A stretch of DNA of 64,000 bases from a virus: positions 96,001 through 160,000 of IMG/VR virus record IMGVR_UViG_3300009408_000001. One strand, written 5' to 3'. A program made the position numbers and the translations under genes. Shown here in pieces: positions 8,674 through 18,698 of this stretch. The number at the start of each line of letters is the position of its first letter. The stretch's first letter is position 1. The notes beneath the pieces are model-generated. The model saw nothing but the letters and a program-made list of their open reading frames with translations. It was not told where the DNA came from and did not search any database.

Positions 8674-10281
8674 TCTATTGTAAAAAATGTACCTGCATGC
8701 CCGTATTCCCTACATATCGAAAGAACCGTTAGCAACGGTATTAAATGTGTACGGGTCATTCGCCGTGGAGAGGAGGATAGTGCTGACCTCCTGTACACTT
8801 TACACTCAACGCGTCGCGTTCCGCTGATTGATGATTCGCACCCAGAGTTAACCATTGCTATATTAGGGAATTCGATGTATGTGCTCGGGAAGACCTCTGG
8901 GGTGGTGACCAAAACAACCATTCCAGAAGGATACGTTGCAGCACAACAAACGACCGTGACTGGGTGGATTCCTGAACACATACACGGGCTATCAAACAAA
9001 TTCGCGTTCAAGTTAGAAGGAGGGCAGCGCGTGGTACGCACCATGGAGGCCTGTTTCCCAGGTACAGGTGTTAAGGAAGGGGAGTCAATTCTTGCTCCCT
9101 TCGAGGAGAGACCGGCCGTTCTTCCGACTCCTGACATAGGTCAAGTACGCCGAGTACCGGACGTTGCAGGTAACGTGCTGAAACTCAAAGACTGTGGAGA
9201 CACGGTGGGTGTTCCGTGTCAGGTAGGTGCCCATGACATGCCGACCCTAGTGGGTCGTTATCGTATACTTGAAGACGGTACCCCTGCTCTGATCAACATT
9301 GACGATGTACACCTCATCGGAAAAGAGATCCAGATTCGAAGCATTACGAAGTGTCGTTCTCCAAACCCAATGAACAGCTGTAAAGTGTGCAGTGGAAACC
9401 CACTACTAGTGGTACACACCATGGAGGCCTGTTTCCAAGGTACAGGTGTTAAGGAAGGGGAGTCAATTCTTGCTCCCTTCGAGGAGAGAGCGGCCATTAT
9501 TCCAACCCCTGATATAGAAAAAGTACGCCGTGTAGTGGATGAACAAAAGGGGTGCGTAGGGCGACGTACCCAGGCTGAAGAGGATAATCCGACCATTGAT
9601 TCTATAATCAACGCCGCGAGAGCTCGAGTCGCCGCTGGTGCCAAAAACCAACCACTGGAGAATAAAATGATTACACCCGATTACACAAATGAGGATGGCA
9701 AAGGCTGGACATTCATTCTAGATGGGGATGAACTCTATGTATCCCATGGGGATGACTTCAATCCCAGTGATACTGCTAGCTGTTACATGGTACAGCGGCT
9801 CACTAGTGTACATGCTAGTCCCAATTACCCGGGTGGTAACCGTTGCCAGTTAGGTAGGCACACGGTGTTCGTCAGCACCGAAGGTACACTCCGTCACATT
9901 GATGCAGAGACCGGGGTAGTATCCACTACCCTCTTACCCGGGATCTGTCTGGAAGACCTAGAACAAGAAAGAATTGAACTCCAACTCTCTCTGCCAGAAG
10001 GTGGCACACACCTAGTACCGGACGTTACCGATATCGTTCTGGGACTTATTGAATGTGGAGATACCCTAGGTGTCATCTGTATGAATTGCATACGCTTCAA
10101 CGAGGCCGTCGTATCATTCAGTTCAATCCGTCAGGGTAGTGCTGTCACATATGTGGAAACACACCCCGTGGATGAACAGTGCGAAAACCTCGGGGTTACT
10201 GTTACTTGTACGGATGGGAATCACATGACGTTCATGGTAGGGACCCATGCACATACCCTGCCACTGCATGATCTCAGTTAA
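8671..10281 (+). CDS. Mosaic accessory protein containing a captured RNAP beta' Zn-binding module
   Basis: Start at ATG 8671 after GGAGA (track GTG 8641 lies inside the palindrome); 9181-9390 matches 55022-55231; internal RBS+ATG at 9667. Confidence 0.85.
   Translation: MSIVKNVPACPYSLHIERTVSNGIKCVRVIRRGEEDSADLLYTLHSTRRVPLIDDSHPELTIAILGNSMYVLGKTSGVVTKTTIPEGYVAAQQTTVTGWIPEHIHGLSNKFAFKLEGGQRVVRTMEACFPGTGVKEGESILAPFEERPAVLPTPDIGQVRRVPDVAGNVLKLKDCGDTVGVPCQVGAHDMPTLVGRYRILEDGTPALINIDDVHLIGKEIQIRSITKCRSPNPMNSCKVCSGNPLLVVHTMEACFQGTGVKEGESILAPFEERAAIIPTPDIEKVRRVVDEQKGCVGRRTQAEEDNPTIDSIINAARARVAAGAKNQPLENKMITPDYTNEDGKGWTFILDGDELYVSHGDDFNPSDTASCYMVQRLTSVHASPNYPGGNRCQLGRHTVFVSTEGTLRHIDAETGVVSTTLLPGICLEDLEQERIELQLSLPEGGTHLVPDVTDIVLGLIECGDTLGVICMNCIRFNEAVVSFSSIRQGSAVTYVETHPVDEQCENLGVTVTCTDGNHMTFMVGTHAHTLPLHDLS
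9031..9534 (+). repeat. 126-bp in-frame direct repeat (9031-9156 and 9409-9534)
   Basis: 114/126 nt identical by manual alignment, with a 52-bp exact core. Confidence 0.95.
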
Positions 10282-10295
10282 CCAAAATAAGGCAT

Positions 10296-10329
10296 AAAAG
10301 AAAGGGCCAAACGGCCCTTTCTTTTTTTT
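10296..10329. terminator. Bidirectional terminator between convergent genes
   Basis: AAAAGAAAGGGCC-AAAC-GGCCCTTTCTTTT. Confidence 0.85.
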
Positions 10330-10349
10330 GCTGTTACCTAACCAAAAGG

Positions 10350-11318
10350 CTAGTTGGTACCGATACCAGGAGAAGGCCAAGTGCCCTGTGAAGGAGCGCC
10401 CTGTCCAATGCGGAACTCGGGAGTATCCACAGCGACTTTGTTCAGCTTGTCGACGTAACCTTCGCCACCAACTCCACCGTATTCGGATGGTGCGACGTAC
10501 ATGCTCTCAACAGCGTCAAACGCTGCTGGTAAGGATGCTGGACGAGAACCCAGTTTAGCAAGCGAATCAAGATGGAATTGTGCCAGTTGAGTAACACGAT
10601 CTCCACGCTGTGCTTCGTTTGTAAACTCATAGGTGTGCTCAACCGTTTCGTTGGCCTCACCCATGACGCGTTTCATCTCACCAGAACCAGTGCTCTTAGG
10701 CATCATGTTGGTACAGATGACTGCACTGGTAATGCGTGACATGTCAATGGATGGCTCGTAGAACAAGCAAGACATTGAACGAGTATCAGGCAAGAACTCC
10801 GGCTTATTAGAATTACGGTAAGACGCTTTGTTGATCAGAGTAGGATGGAACGTATCTGGGTCAATGATCAGTTCACGGATCCACTGGTCAAAGTAGTTCC
10901 AGAAGGCACGACCTTCCAACTCAGGAACAACGAACGCAGGAGCACAACGAACACGTGCTGTCTGGGTAGGTGTCTCATGAACTTCCCCGGCATTACCGAC
11001 TTTATGTTCACCATAGGTGACATCGATCTGTTCCATCAGACCCGTTACTGAAGTAGGCAACACTTCTACGAAGGCTTTCAGCATTTTAACACGCTGAGCA
11101 CCATCACGCATGTAAGTACCCATGAAGGTTGGGGCTTCAAGTAAGACACAATGCATCTTCTGGCGACTGTAGGTAGCAGAAGACATGAAATGTCGTGGAT
11201 CACGCATGTGACCCTGTTGACCACCATGTTCAAAGGACACTGCACGAGTATACCCCTGGGAGATCGTTGCGGCATTTGTTACTAGGGGAGTCGTATATCC
11301 CCGCTCATTATTAGCCAT
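10350..11318 (-). CDS. Tail tube protein (phiKZ gp30-like)
   Basis: Directly downstream of the sheath gene; size and RFWN/WIRELIIDP-type segment fit phiKZ-type tube proteins. Confidence 0.75.
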   Translation of the reverse strand: MANNERGYTTPLVTNAATISQGYTRAVSFEHGGQQGHMRDPRHFMSSATYSRQKMHCVLLEAPTFMGTYMRDGAQRVKMLKAFVEVLPTSVTGLMEQIDVTYGEHKVGNAGEVHETPTQTARVRCAPAFVVPELEGRAFWNYFDQWIRELIIDPDTFHPTLINKASYRNSNKPEFLPDTRSMSCLFYEPSIDMSRITSAVICTNMMPKSTGSGEMKRVMGEANETVEHTYEFTNEAQRGDRVTQLAQFHLDSLAKLGSRPASLPAAFDAVESMYVAPSEYGGVGGEGYVDKLNKVAVDTPEFRIGQGAPSQGTWPSPGIGTN

Positions 11319-11329
11319 TGGTTAACTCC

Positions 11330-13360
11330 TTATAAGTCGCTGTAGCGCTTGGCGATTACGTTAACGGTGGAGACAGTTTTCATGCCTTTCGCGTAAACCC
11401 GGTTGTTCTGAGTCCAGCTGTATCCACGCGCTTCATCAGCTTTGGTGTATTCAGCTTTAGGTTTGACCTGGACACGCCCGTCGTAGATGCCTTCGACCAA
11501 CTCAGACATCAGGGTATCAGAAGCAGCCAAGAACGCACCGTCTTCCATGGTACCATTACCGGTCAAGCGACGATGGACAGTGTAAGACTTCTTCAGAACG
11601 TCAACCATGATCAACATGGTGATGTCAGAGTTAAGAACACTGGTGTCGTTGTCATACACGGTCTGCTGTGCAGGCCAGAACAACTGACTCATGTCAGCGT
11701 AACGAGGAGCATTCATGCCCAATTCCCAATCTGCACTTATGACAGACTTAGGTTTCCAACCGTTGCTCACGTCTTTCATTGTATCAAGAACGTTAGCAGG
11801 GAAGACATCGTACGCGTAGACGTTGTTCATGACGCCGTTTGAGGCACCCATGTACTTAGAACGCTTGTTGATGATGTCCATGATGGTAGGAACACGTTTG
11901 CCATACTTACTGGTTTTAAACGTACCAACGCCACCGTAAACTACAGCGCGACAAGTGGGTGTACCATAGAAGGTAGACTCAGGAGTCAGACGTGCGGTAG
12001 AACGAAGAACCGCCATGATGGAACTATCTTCACCACTGGTGTTGTCTTTTTCGCCAACAGTCTGAGTACATGCGCCAATGGAGATATCATCTCGCATTGC
12101 CATGGTGCCCAGGATAGCCTGTTTGGTAGCCATTTCAAAACCGGTGTCATACACGACGGAAATGGGGAATTGTGCGTCATCAACCAAAGGAGCGTTCACA
12201 TTGTCCCACTGGTGCAGACATTCGTCTTTGACCAACAAGTTCAAAGTAGCTTCGTTAACAGTACCGTCTTTACCGCCCTGTACATAGTGGGTGGTAGAAG
12301 CATTCATTGAAATGCTGGTGGCATCCATGCGTGCTGCATAGTGGTCATTACCGTCAATGTCGAGAACATTCATGATGTTAACGAGGTCCGCTTCCACAAT
12401 GGCAGCGTTATGGGTAACTTCCTGGGTCTGAATCAGTGCCAGCACTGCATCGACATTGTCTTGGTAGACATACAGCTCATCCATTGGACCATCGATAGGT
12501 GGGGTACCATCGGGTTCACTATGGGTGTACTCGGTTAAGACTTTTTCGAAATTGTACTCGACGTCGGTTTTGGAGTTAACCACACCGGCTTTCAAGCAGA
12601 AGTCAACATTGGCTTCTTTGGCAATGCTGAACAACGTACGAGGGGTGGAAGTAGCGGTATCGCGTTCCATCCATTCCATACGGTAGACAACGGCACCATT
12701 CTCTTCCATGACAGCTAAGTCAGTAGGAGCAGCAGTGGTTGGACCAGGGAAGCTGAAGCGCATGCCAGTGTTGTTGATGTAATCACCAATTCCGCCTTTC
12801 ATTGCGAACATTGGATACACAGTACTTGTTTGACCACCGGCACCAGTAAGGGTACCCGTCACGTTCAACTCACCGCGAAGATTGGTGATATCAGACAAGG
12901 GTGCAACAGACCATTTTAGACGATAGCCCAAGTTGGTTGCCGTTGGACTCAGGGTTTTAACACCACTGGCATCACGAACAACAGAACCATCGGCATTACG
13001 TACATACGCAGCCAGCGTATCTTCCACGACTTCCAAGAAGAACACCAGTGAACCAGCAGAAGAATCAGCAGGTACAACGCGTTTCAGGAAGATCTTGTTA
13101 CCATTGCCGTTACAGATTTTTGCACCCAACGTTTGATGAGAGAAGTACTTGCTTCTGTCTCCAAAGGTACTGGCACCGTAACTGCGAAGCATTGGTCCGC
13201 CAGAAGTAAGTTGGGGAACCAGTTTACCACGTTCTGACATGATATAAAAAATAGGGCAATGCTGTGGCACTGCTTGCTTTTCAGGCACTAAGGCGCGACC
13301 AGACTCATCTTTGAATCCGTTGTTCAGCGCGTTAGGTGCCGCATTTAGAATTGCAGCCAT
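11330..13360 (-). CDS. Contractile tail sheath protein (phiKZ gp29-like)
   Basis: 676 aa; N-terminal NAAP...PQHCP, YDTGF segment, sheath-like C-terminus; synteny with tube and terminase. Confidence 0.85.
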   Translation of the reverse strand: MAAILNAAPNALNNGFKDESGRALVPEKQAVPQHCPIFYIMSERGKLVPQLTSGGPMLRSYGASTFGDRSKYFSHQTLGAKICNGNGNKIFLKRVVPADSSAGSLVFFLEVVEDTLAAYVRNADGSVVRDASGVKTLSPTATNLGYRLKWSVAPLSDITNLRGELNVTGTLTGAGGQTSTVYPMFAMKGGIGDYINNTGMRFSFPGPTTAAPTDLAVMEENGAVVYRMEWMERDTATSTPRTLFSIAKEANVDFCLKAGVVNSKTDVEYNFEKVLTEYTHSEPDGTPPIDGPMDELYVYQDNVDAVLALIQTQEVTHNAAIVEADLVNIMNVLDIDGNDHYAARMDATSISMNASTTHYVQGGKDGTVNEATLNLLVKDECLHQWDNVNAPLVDDAQFPISVVYDTGFEMATKQAILGTMAMRDDISIGACTQTVGEKDNTSGEDSSIMAVLRSTARLTPESTFYGTPTCRAVVYGGVGTFKTSKYGKRVPTIMDIINKRSKYMGASNGVMNNVYAYDVFPANVLDTMKDVSNGWKPKSVISADWELGMNAPRYADMSQLFWPAQQTVYDNDTSVLNSDITMLIMVDVLKKSYTVHRRLTGNGTMEDGAFLAASDTLMSELVEGIYDGRVQVKPKAEYTKADEARGYSWTQNNRVYAKGMKTVSTVNVIAKRYSDL

Positions 13361-13531
13361 TGTTAATGTCCTTGTTGCTGTCGACAGGACGCGAGTGCCT
13401 AAGTTACTAGGTCCTAGTTAGTCACCGCGCTATGTTAGGCTTGTGATCTTATGCCTCCTCGAGGCGTATCCAACCACCGCATAATATAGCGGTAACTTAT
13501 TTTTTAGATGATCCGCTAATTGGAGAATAAC

Positions 13532-14473
13532 ATGAACGCATACGACACATTACCTGGTGAACCCTATACCGATGAAATCAAAGAGATCAAGGAAGTCATT
13601 GAAACCCAGGTTGCAATGGGTTCGGAAGGAAGATACCGTGAAACTACCGGCGGGTTGAACTACGCTGAAGTGGACAATGAAAAACTAGGTGGTTGGGTAC
13701 ACCCCTTTACCATGGGGGACAAGGTATACGGTGACCCTCGTCCATTCTTAAACTCTCGAGGCGGGGTTCGTTTAAGTACAGACCACGCCTTCTTAACTGT
13801 ACGGATGGCCATGGAACAAGAATGGTCACAGTCTGCTTCTACCTTTGAATCATTTATCACACCCTGTGCTGCGGTGTTCGGACAGTGGGTATCTGGCTCT
13901 GTCTTACAACGGTATGGCCTTACCGCTATTGACGAGGTCACTGTAAAGGTGTTGGCAAGTACATGGTACATTGCAGTTATCCTGGCGGGCATTGAAGTAC
14001 AGAACACTGAAGACAGGTTGAAAAATGACTTGGGTAACTACATCAGTGTGGATGATCTCATTACAATGTCACTTCGTTCACTTGGTTCGCGTGGCGTTGG
14101 AATCCCAGCAGAGTTTACAAATGAGTTACTAGAGAGTAACGACGGTATATTCTGCAAGGCCCTCGTTACGGGATTTCCCAGTATGCAACTCTTGACGGAT
14201 GCCATTACTGACTCTATCTCTACTAAACTGGGTGAGTTTAGTCCACTGGCACTTCGAAGAATTATGGCAGGTGGCAGCTGGTTGGGGTACATGGCGGATA
14301 CTTTCTCGTTGGTGGCAATGGAATACCCACCGATGTTGGTATCTATGTTGTACTTCATTGAGAAGAACCCCAGTTTCCGAAACAAGACCCGCATCGGTCG
14401 GTCCTCTAACATTGTAGGACGCAAGGGTGGTGTGGAAGCATTAGCTAAATCCGTTGGTAGAATCCTCCCATGA
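13532..14473 (+). CDS. Virion structural protein (phiKZ gp28-like)
   Basis: GGAGA RBS before ATG 13532; divergent from sheath, as in the phiKZ gp25-30 block. Confidence 0.65.
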   Translation: MNAYDTLPGEPYTDEIKEIKEVIETQVAMGSEGRYRETTGGLNYAEVDNEKLGGWVHPFTMGDKVYGDPRPFLNSRGGVRLSTDHAFLTVRMAMEQEWSQSASTFESFITPCAAVFGQWVSGSVLQRYGLTAIDEVTVKVLASTWYIAVILAGIEVQNTEDRLKNDLGNYISVDDLITMSLRSLGSRGVGIPAEFTNELLESNDGIFCKALVTGFPSMQLLTDAITDSISTKLGEFSPLALRRIMAGGSWLGYMADTFSLVAMEYPPMLVSMLYFIEKNPSFRNKTRIGRSSNIVGRKGGVEALAKSVGRILP

Positions 14474-16980
14474 TAGACTTACCCAGTTTAATTTATGACA
14501 CAGCTAAGTCGGAGCTGTGGACTAACCCACATAACGACCGACAACTAACCTACAAGCCAACCAGACTCTGTACGATACATGGGTCGGTTGGTTCTGTAAC
14601 CACTCACATGGCAACCCAACGACTTCCAGATGTAACCACCCGTTGGGTGTTATATGACTTTGGTAACCTGCCACTGGAAGGAACAGGAATACAGAGCCTT
14701 AATACCACGTGGTCTACTGGTGAATCAATAATGGTAGACAACGCCATGTTACTCAGTGTGTACTGCAATGGGGTTACGTTTGCGCCTGGTCAGTACCAGA
14801 TGCGACGTACCAGCAGAAAACACGTGTTACTGGCACTGGAGGCCGTACCCAACAGTAGCGCACTGTCGACTCTGGAACCGTTGTTCTTCCGAACGTATTC
14901 CAACGTATGGCACTCTACCTCGGCTAACCCGTATCCTGTACCCGTGTTACCCAGAAGTGTAACCTGCATGGCACCAGCAGATACGACTACGGTTTTATTA
15001 CACCAGGATGAACCGGTGGTGGGTAACCGCATGTTGTTCCACAATGGATATTACGTTTCTGATATTACCAGTAACGACATATCGAACGGGGATACCGTGT
15101 ACCAACTGGATGACTTACCGGGTAACGGATACGTCGACATTCCGGTGAATGACCTGAGTCATTATGTTTCGGACAACGATCGACGTGGCAAGTATGTCGT
15201 GATGCACCCTACCAATGGCACACCCCTGGCAATGGAACCAATGGATGAACTGGAGTTATTCGTTTGTTGTACCACGAAAAGTATAAATGGTGAGAGAGAC
15301 GTTGTTAAAGGTGTCTACTTCGGGAGAACTAAAGTAGGTGACATGCGTATGTTAACCCACCGAGATTACTCCATCGATGTTAGAAAAGTAACAGGATTAA
15401 CAGTGTCCCACCGCACTATCTTTGGAAACCGGGATGTTTTCTTTCGGGTATTTACTCGCAAACACGAAAACGGTAACCTGACAATTCTAGATGGGTCTTA
15501 CCTACTCGACCTCTTTAGACTAGAGGACAAAGATCGGGTTCGGATGATGACTGGAACCGGTGGGTTTAAAGGGTGGAGATGTACTGAACTGGAAAAGGCC
15601 AACTCCATACTGTGGCAGAGTCACGCATGGTGGGAATTAACCCAACCAGATAGTTTGAAGAATACTCTGGCATTGCCAGCGGTAGCCGAGCTTGTAGCTA
15701 CGGGTACCGTGAACGGTAACACACATACCCTTCCCTTCTCCATGCGACTTGGTGGTAAAGCAATTGGTTATGACGTAAACGGTGTTCTCATATCCATAGA
15801 AACCATTCCCGTTGATTCGGATGGTACTGTGATGGCGCTTCCAGTGGGAGTGGTCAATGTGGAGTACATCCCTGGAGAATTCATCACCGATGGTAGGATG
15901 ATTGATGAGCCCATGTACGGTGGTGAGAAAGCCAACTGGTTTAATGAGGTGTACTACTACAATGAAACGGAAGGGGGACAATGGCTACAGGGTCTAATAG
16001 ATAGGGACTACCACATTGATGCTGGTACCGGTGAGGTGTTGTGGGATGAGAGGCTTGCAACCGCAGGGTGGACAAGGCGCACGTGTAAGTACAGTTCTCA
16101 TCGTCGCATACGCACTGCTCCAAACACACTACATTACAAGTACTCCATGTGGGAAACCAACGAACCCGTCATTGCGGTAGGATTGTTTAAGACCGAGGTC
16201 TACATCAATGGCCACCAGCTAGTGGAAGGGATTGAATACACTGTAATTGGGCATTCTTTCCGGGTGAACAGTGCAGAGTACTACAATGGAGACGATCCTG
16301 AAGTTGTCATTGATGTATTCCATTATGGGGTAAGTGACCGTGGGGAAGAGAGAAAGATATCTGGGTTCATCCAACATCGGAAGGCGGTACCCATTACTGG
16401 GGAAGGACTGTTCATTAAAGGACGGAACCGGGTTTGCTTTAACTCTGGTTGTCTGGTAAGTGCGGATAAACTTGGCATACTCGAATCTCCAGGAACGGAG
16501 ACAGACCCAGCATACAGAGAAGGCTCATTGTGGGCAGCGGAAACAAGACCTATGTTACACAGTCGTTGGGGATTGCGTGCGTTTGGGGAGGAAGACGGGT
16601 ACTCTGAAATAATCAGTCGATCTGTGTTCAGACATATTCCAAAGCCGGATTTATCTGGACTGCTTACCATTCCCAAGCAACACCTCTTGTTCTCTCCGTT
16701 CATCAAGCGGGTAGTATGGTTGCTTATAAATAAGACACTGGATGTTTCCGTATTGGGAACCAGTCGATCATCAGTACAGTCCGCAATGGTACCCTATCTA
16801 GACCTACTAGCAGAAGACCCTACCTCACGATTAAGTTCGGATGGTCAACTTGGGATATCCCCCCTGCCGGAGTCTACCGTAACAACCATCTCAGGCAGTG
16901 AGATGGCCTTTCTTAGAGAAGTCGTTGCACTGTACTACAACGGTAACGTAACATTAAACCTCCACCTTCGGGTGGTGTAA
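14470..16980 (+). CDS. Virion structural protein (phiKZ gp27-like)
   Basis: 836 aa; synteny. Confidence 0.65.
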   Translation: MIDLPSLIYDTAKSELWTNPHNDRQLTYKPTRLCTIHGSVGSVTTHMATQRLPDVTTRWVLYDFGNLPLEGTGIQSLNTTWSTGESIMVDNAMLLSVYCNGVTFAPGQYQMRRTSRKHVLLALEAVPNSSALSTLEPLFFRTYSNVWHSTSANPYPVPVLPRSVTCMAPADTTTVLLHQDEPVVGNRMLFHNGYYVSDITSNDISNGDTVYQLDDLPGNGYVDIPVNDLSHYVSDNDRRGKYVVMHPTNGTPLAMEPMDELELFVCCTTKSINGERDVVKGVYFGRTKVGDMRMLTHRDYSIDVRKVTGLTVSHRTIFGNRDVFFRVFTRKHENGNLTILDGSYLLDLFRLEDKDRVRMMTGTGGFKGWRCTELEKANSILWQSHAWWELTQPDSLKNTLALPAVAELVATGTVNGNTHTLPFSMRLGGKAIGYDVNGVLISIETIPVDSDGTVMALPVGVVNVEYIPGEFITDGRMIDEPMYGGEKANWFNEVYYYNETEGGQWLQGLIDRDYHIDAGTGEVLWDERLATAGWTRRTCKYSSHRRIRTAPNTLHYKYSMWETNEPVIAVGLFKTEVYINGHQLVEGIEYTVIGHSFRVNSAEYYNGDDPEVVIDVFHYGVSDRGEERKISGFIQHRKAVPITGEGLFIKGRNRVCFNSGCLVSADKLGILESPGTETDPAYREGSLWAAETRPMLHSRWGLRAFGEEDGYSEIISRSVFRHIPKPDLSGLLTIPKQHLLFSPFIKRVVWLLINKTLDVSVLGTSRSSVQSAMVPYLDLLAEDPTSRLSSDGQLGISPLPESTVTTISGSEMAFLREVVALYYNGNVTLNLHLRVV

Positions 16981-16990
16981 GGAGTAAATT

Positions 16991-18658
16991 ATGGGTGGAG
17001 TAGTAGTACGAGACGTCCGACTTAGGGGACGCGTTTTACATCTGGATGAAATCTGGATGGGTATAGAGGGCACGATTAACGATGGTCTGATCGTTGCTAA
17101 CATTGATGATGTGATCATGGGACCCGGTGGCATTTGGAGGGTCGCGTTGGTTGACGAGGTAACGTCCATTCCGGTGTTGGTGTCCATGATAGATGAATTG
17201 AGTGGCAAGAGCAGTACGCTCAGTTCGGATGTATTGGACGATGGGTTACGCCACTACCCTGCAGCCATCACCAGTCGTTTGTTTTTATCCACGGCGACCG
17301 AACCCTACACGATAACGTTGGATGCTACATTTCAGGTACGTGGGGCAGACGCGTCTCACCTCCGTCTCTTTTATGGCACGGATACCAGTTCAAAGGGAAA
17401 GGCAATAAGTCACAGTTTGGATACAAACGGCAAGATCCTGAGTGACCTTGTTGACTTACAGCCACTCGATCCGAATAACCTAGCCATCAAACGCCCTGGT
17501 GCAATGTACACGACCTTTAACATGCAAGACGGTGATACCTGTACCGCCGTATCTTACTCTGCGGATGGGAGAATCCATGATGAGCGGAGACTCGTGGTTA
17601 TCAACGCAGGTAGCATTGCTCCATTTGACACCAATGGGGTTTACCTAGAAGACATTAGTATTGAAAGTCCACTATTGTCTGCGACAGACCCACTGGTCAT
17701 CGAGAACCCGGTTAACCATACCTTTGACACGGCACTGATTACCGCGAAGTTACATTACAGTAACGGGGATGTGATACATCACCCTATAGACGGTAACAAA
17801 GCCATTCTGTTTGGCCTTTCTAACTTTGACAGTGGACGCGTAGGTAAGCCTGTGGAGTTAATGATAAGTTACTACCCGGGGCCAAGTGAACCAGCCATTA
17901 ACTTGAAAGGTGTGCTTCGTCCTAACTTATCGAAGACGTATACCCTGTCAAACGTAGCTACTGAAGGGGATTACTCCCTTAAGGTATACGCCATTCCATA
18001 TCGGGTTGCAGACAAGTGGGCAGTACGATGGATCCTAACAGATGCAGCCTATGGGGTAGCATTAGACGTCAGTGCTCATACCACGGTACTCAACGACACA
18101 AACCGGGCATTTAACTTCGATAACGATGGAGTATTGCAACGGATGTTAGTGACAGTTAACGTGGGTGAGGCAAACAGCATCAAATACCCAGGACACATTC
18201 ACACCCAGAAATTGGATATTTCGTTCCCCAGTTTCAGCACCATCGATCACAGTAGCTGGGTCATGGATTACGGAATTGACGGGAACACCGTGTTTGGTAA
18301 GGACCTGTACGCTACGGTAAATCAAACGGGTGAAAAGGGATACAAGGTCGATTGTAACCTACCTGATATGAACACCTGGTTGGACACCTTGTACCGTGGT
18401 GTTGATCCAGTGTACGATCCTGCATCCTATGGGACAGCACCGGTACCGACACACGTGCGTGTGGAACACGGGGGTCCAGATGGAAGAAAGGTCATCGGGG
18501 AGTTCCCTGTAGATGAGTGGGACCTTGTGCATTACATGGGGTCCTCTGGTACATGGGAAGACACAATGTCGATGAGTCTGGTATGGCTTGTTAAGACAGT
18601 GGATACTACCCTGACCCTGGCCATGTCTCCTCTTCAAATAAAATACCTTCTGGTATAA
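16991..18658 (+). CDS. Virion structural protein (phiKZ gp26-like)
   Basis: 555 aa; immediately upstream of terminase. Confidence 0.65.
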   Translation: MGGVVVRDVRLRGRVLHLDEIWMGIEGTINDGLIVANIDDVIMGPGGIWRVALVDEVTSIPVLVSMIDELSGKSSTLSSDVLDDGLRHYPAAITSRLFLSTATEPYTITLDATFQVRGADASHLRLFYGTDTSSKGKAISHSLDTNGKILSDLVDLQPLDPNNLAIKRPGAMYTTFNMQDGDTCTAVSYSADGRIHDERRLVVINAGSIAPFDTNGVYLEDISIESPLLSATDPLVIENPVNHTFDTALITAKLHYSNGDVIHHPIDGNKAILFGLSNFDSGRVGKPVELMISYYPGPSEPAINLKGVLRPNLSKTYTLSNVATEGDYSLKVYAIPYRVADKWAVRWILTDAAYGVALDVSAHTTVLNDTNRAFNFDNDGVLQRMLVTVNVGEANSIKYPGHIHTQKLDISFPSFSTIDHSSWVMDYGIDGNTVFGKDLYATVNQTGEKGYKVDCNLPDMNTWLDTLYRGVDPVYDPASYGTAPVPTHVRVEHGGPDGRKVIGEFPVDEWDLVHYMGSSGTWEDTMSMSLVWLVKTVDTTLTLAMSPLQIKYLLV

Positions 18659-18698
18659 CGGACCTACCTGGGGAGACCCAGGTAGGGTGGGACCTTGT

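Noticed and set aside
9031-9534. Diversity-generating retroelement (TR/VR pair) explaining the repeats or the RNAP copy
   Set aside because: Only 13/25 RNAP-copy differences and 8/12 repeat differences are at adenines, whereas DGRs are almost entirely A-specific. No reverse transcriptase is in the window.
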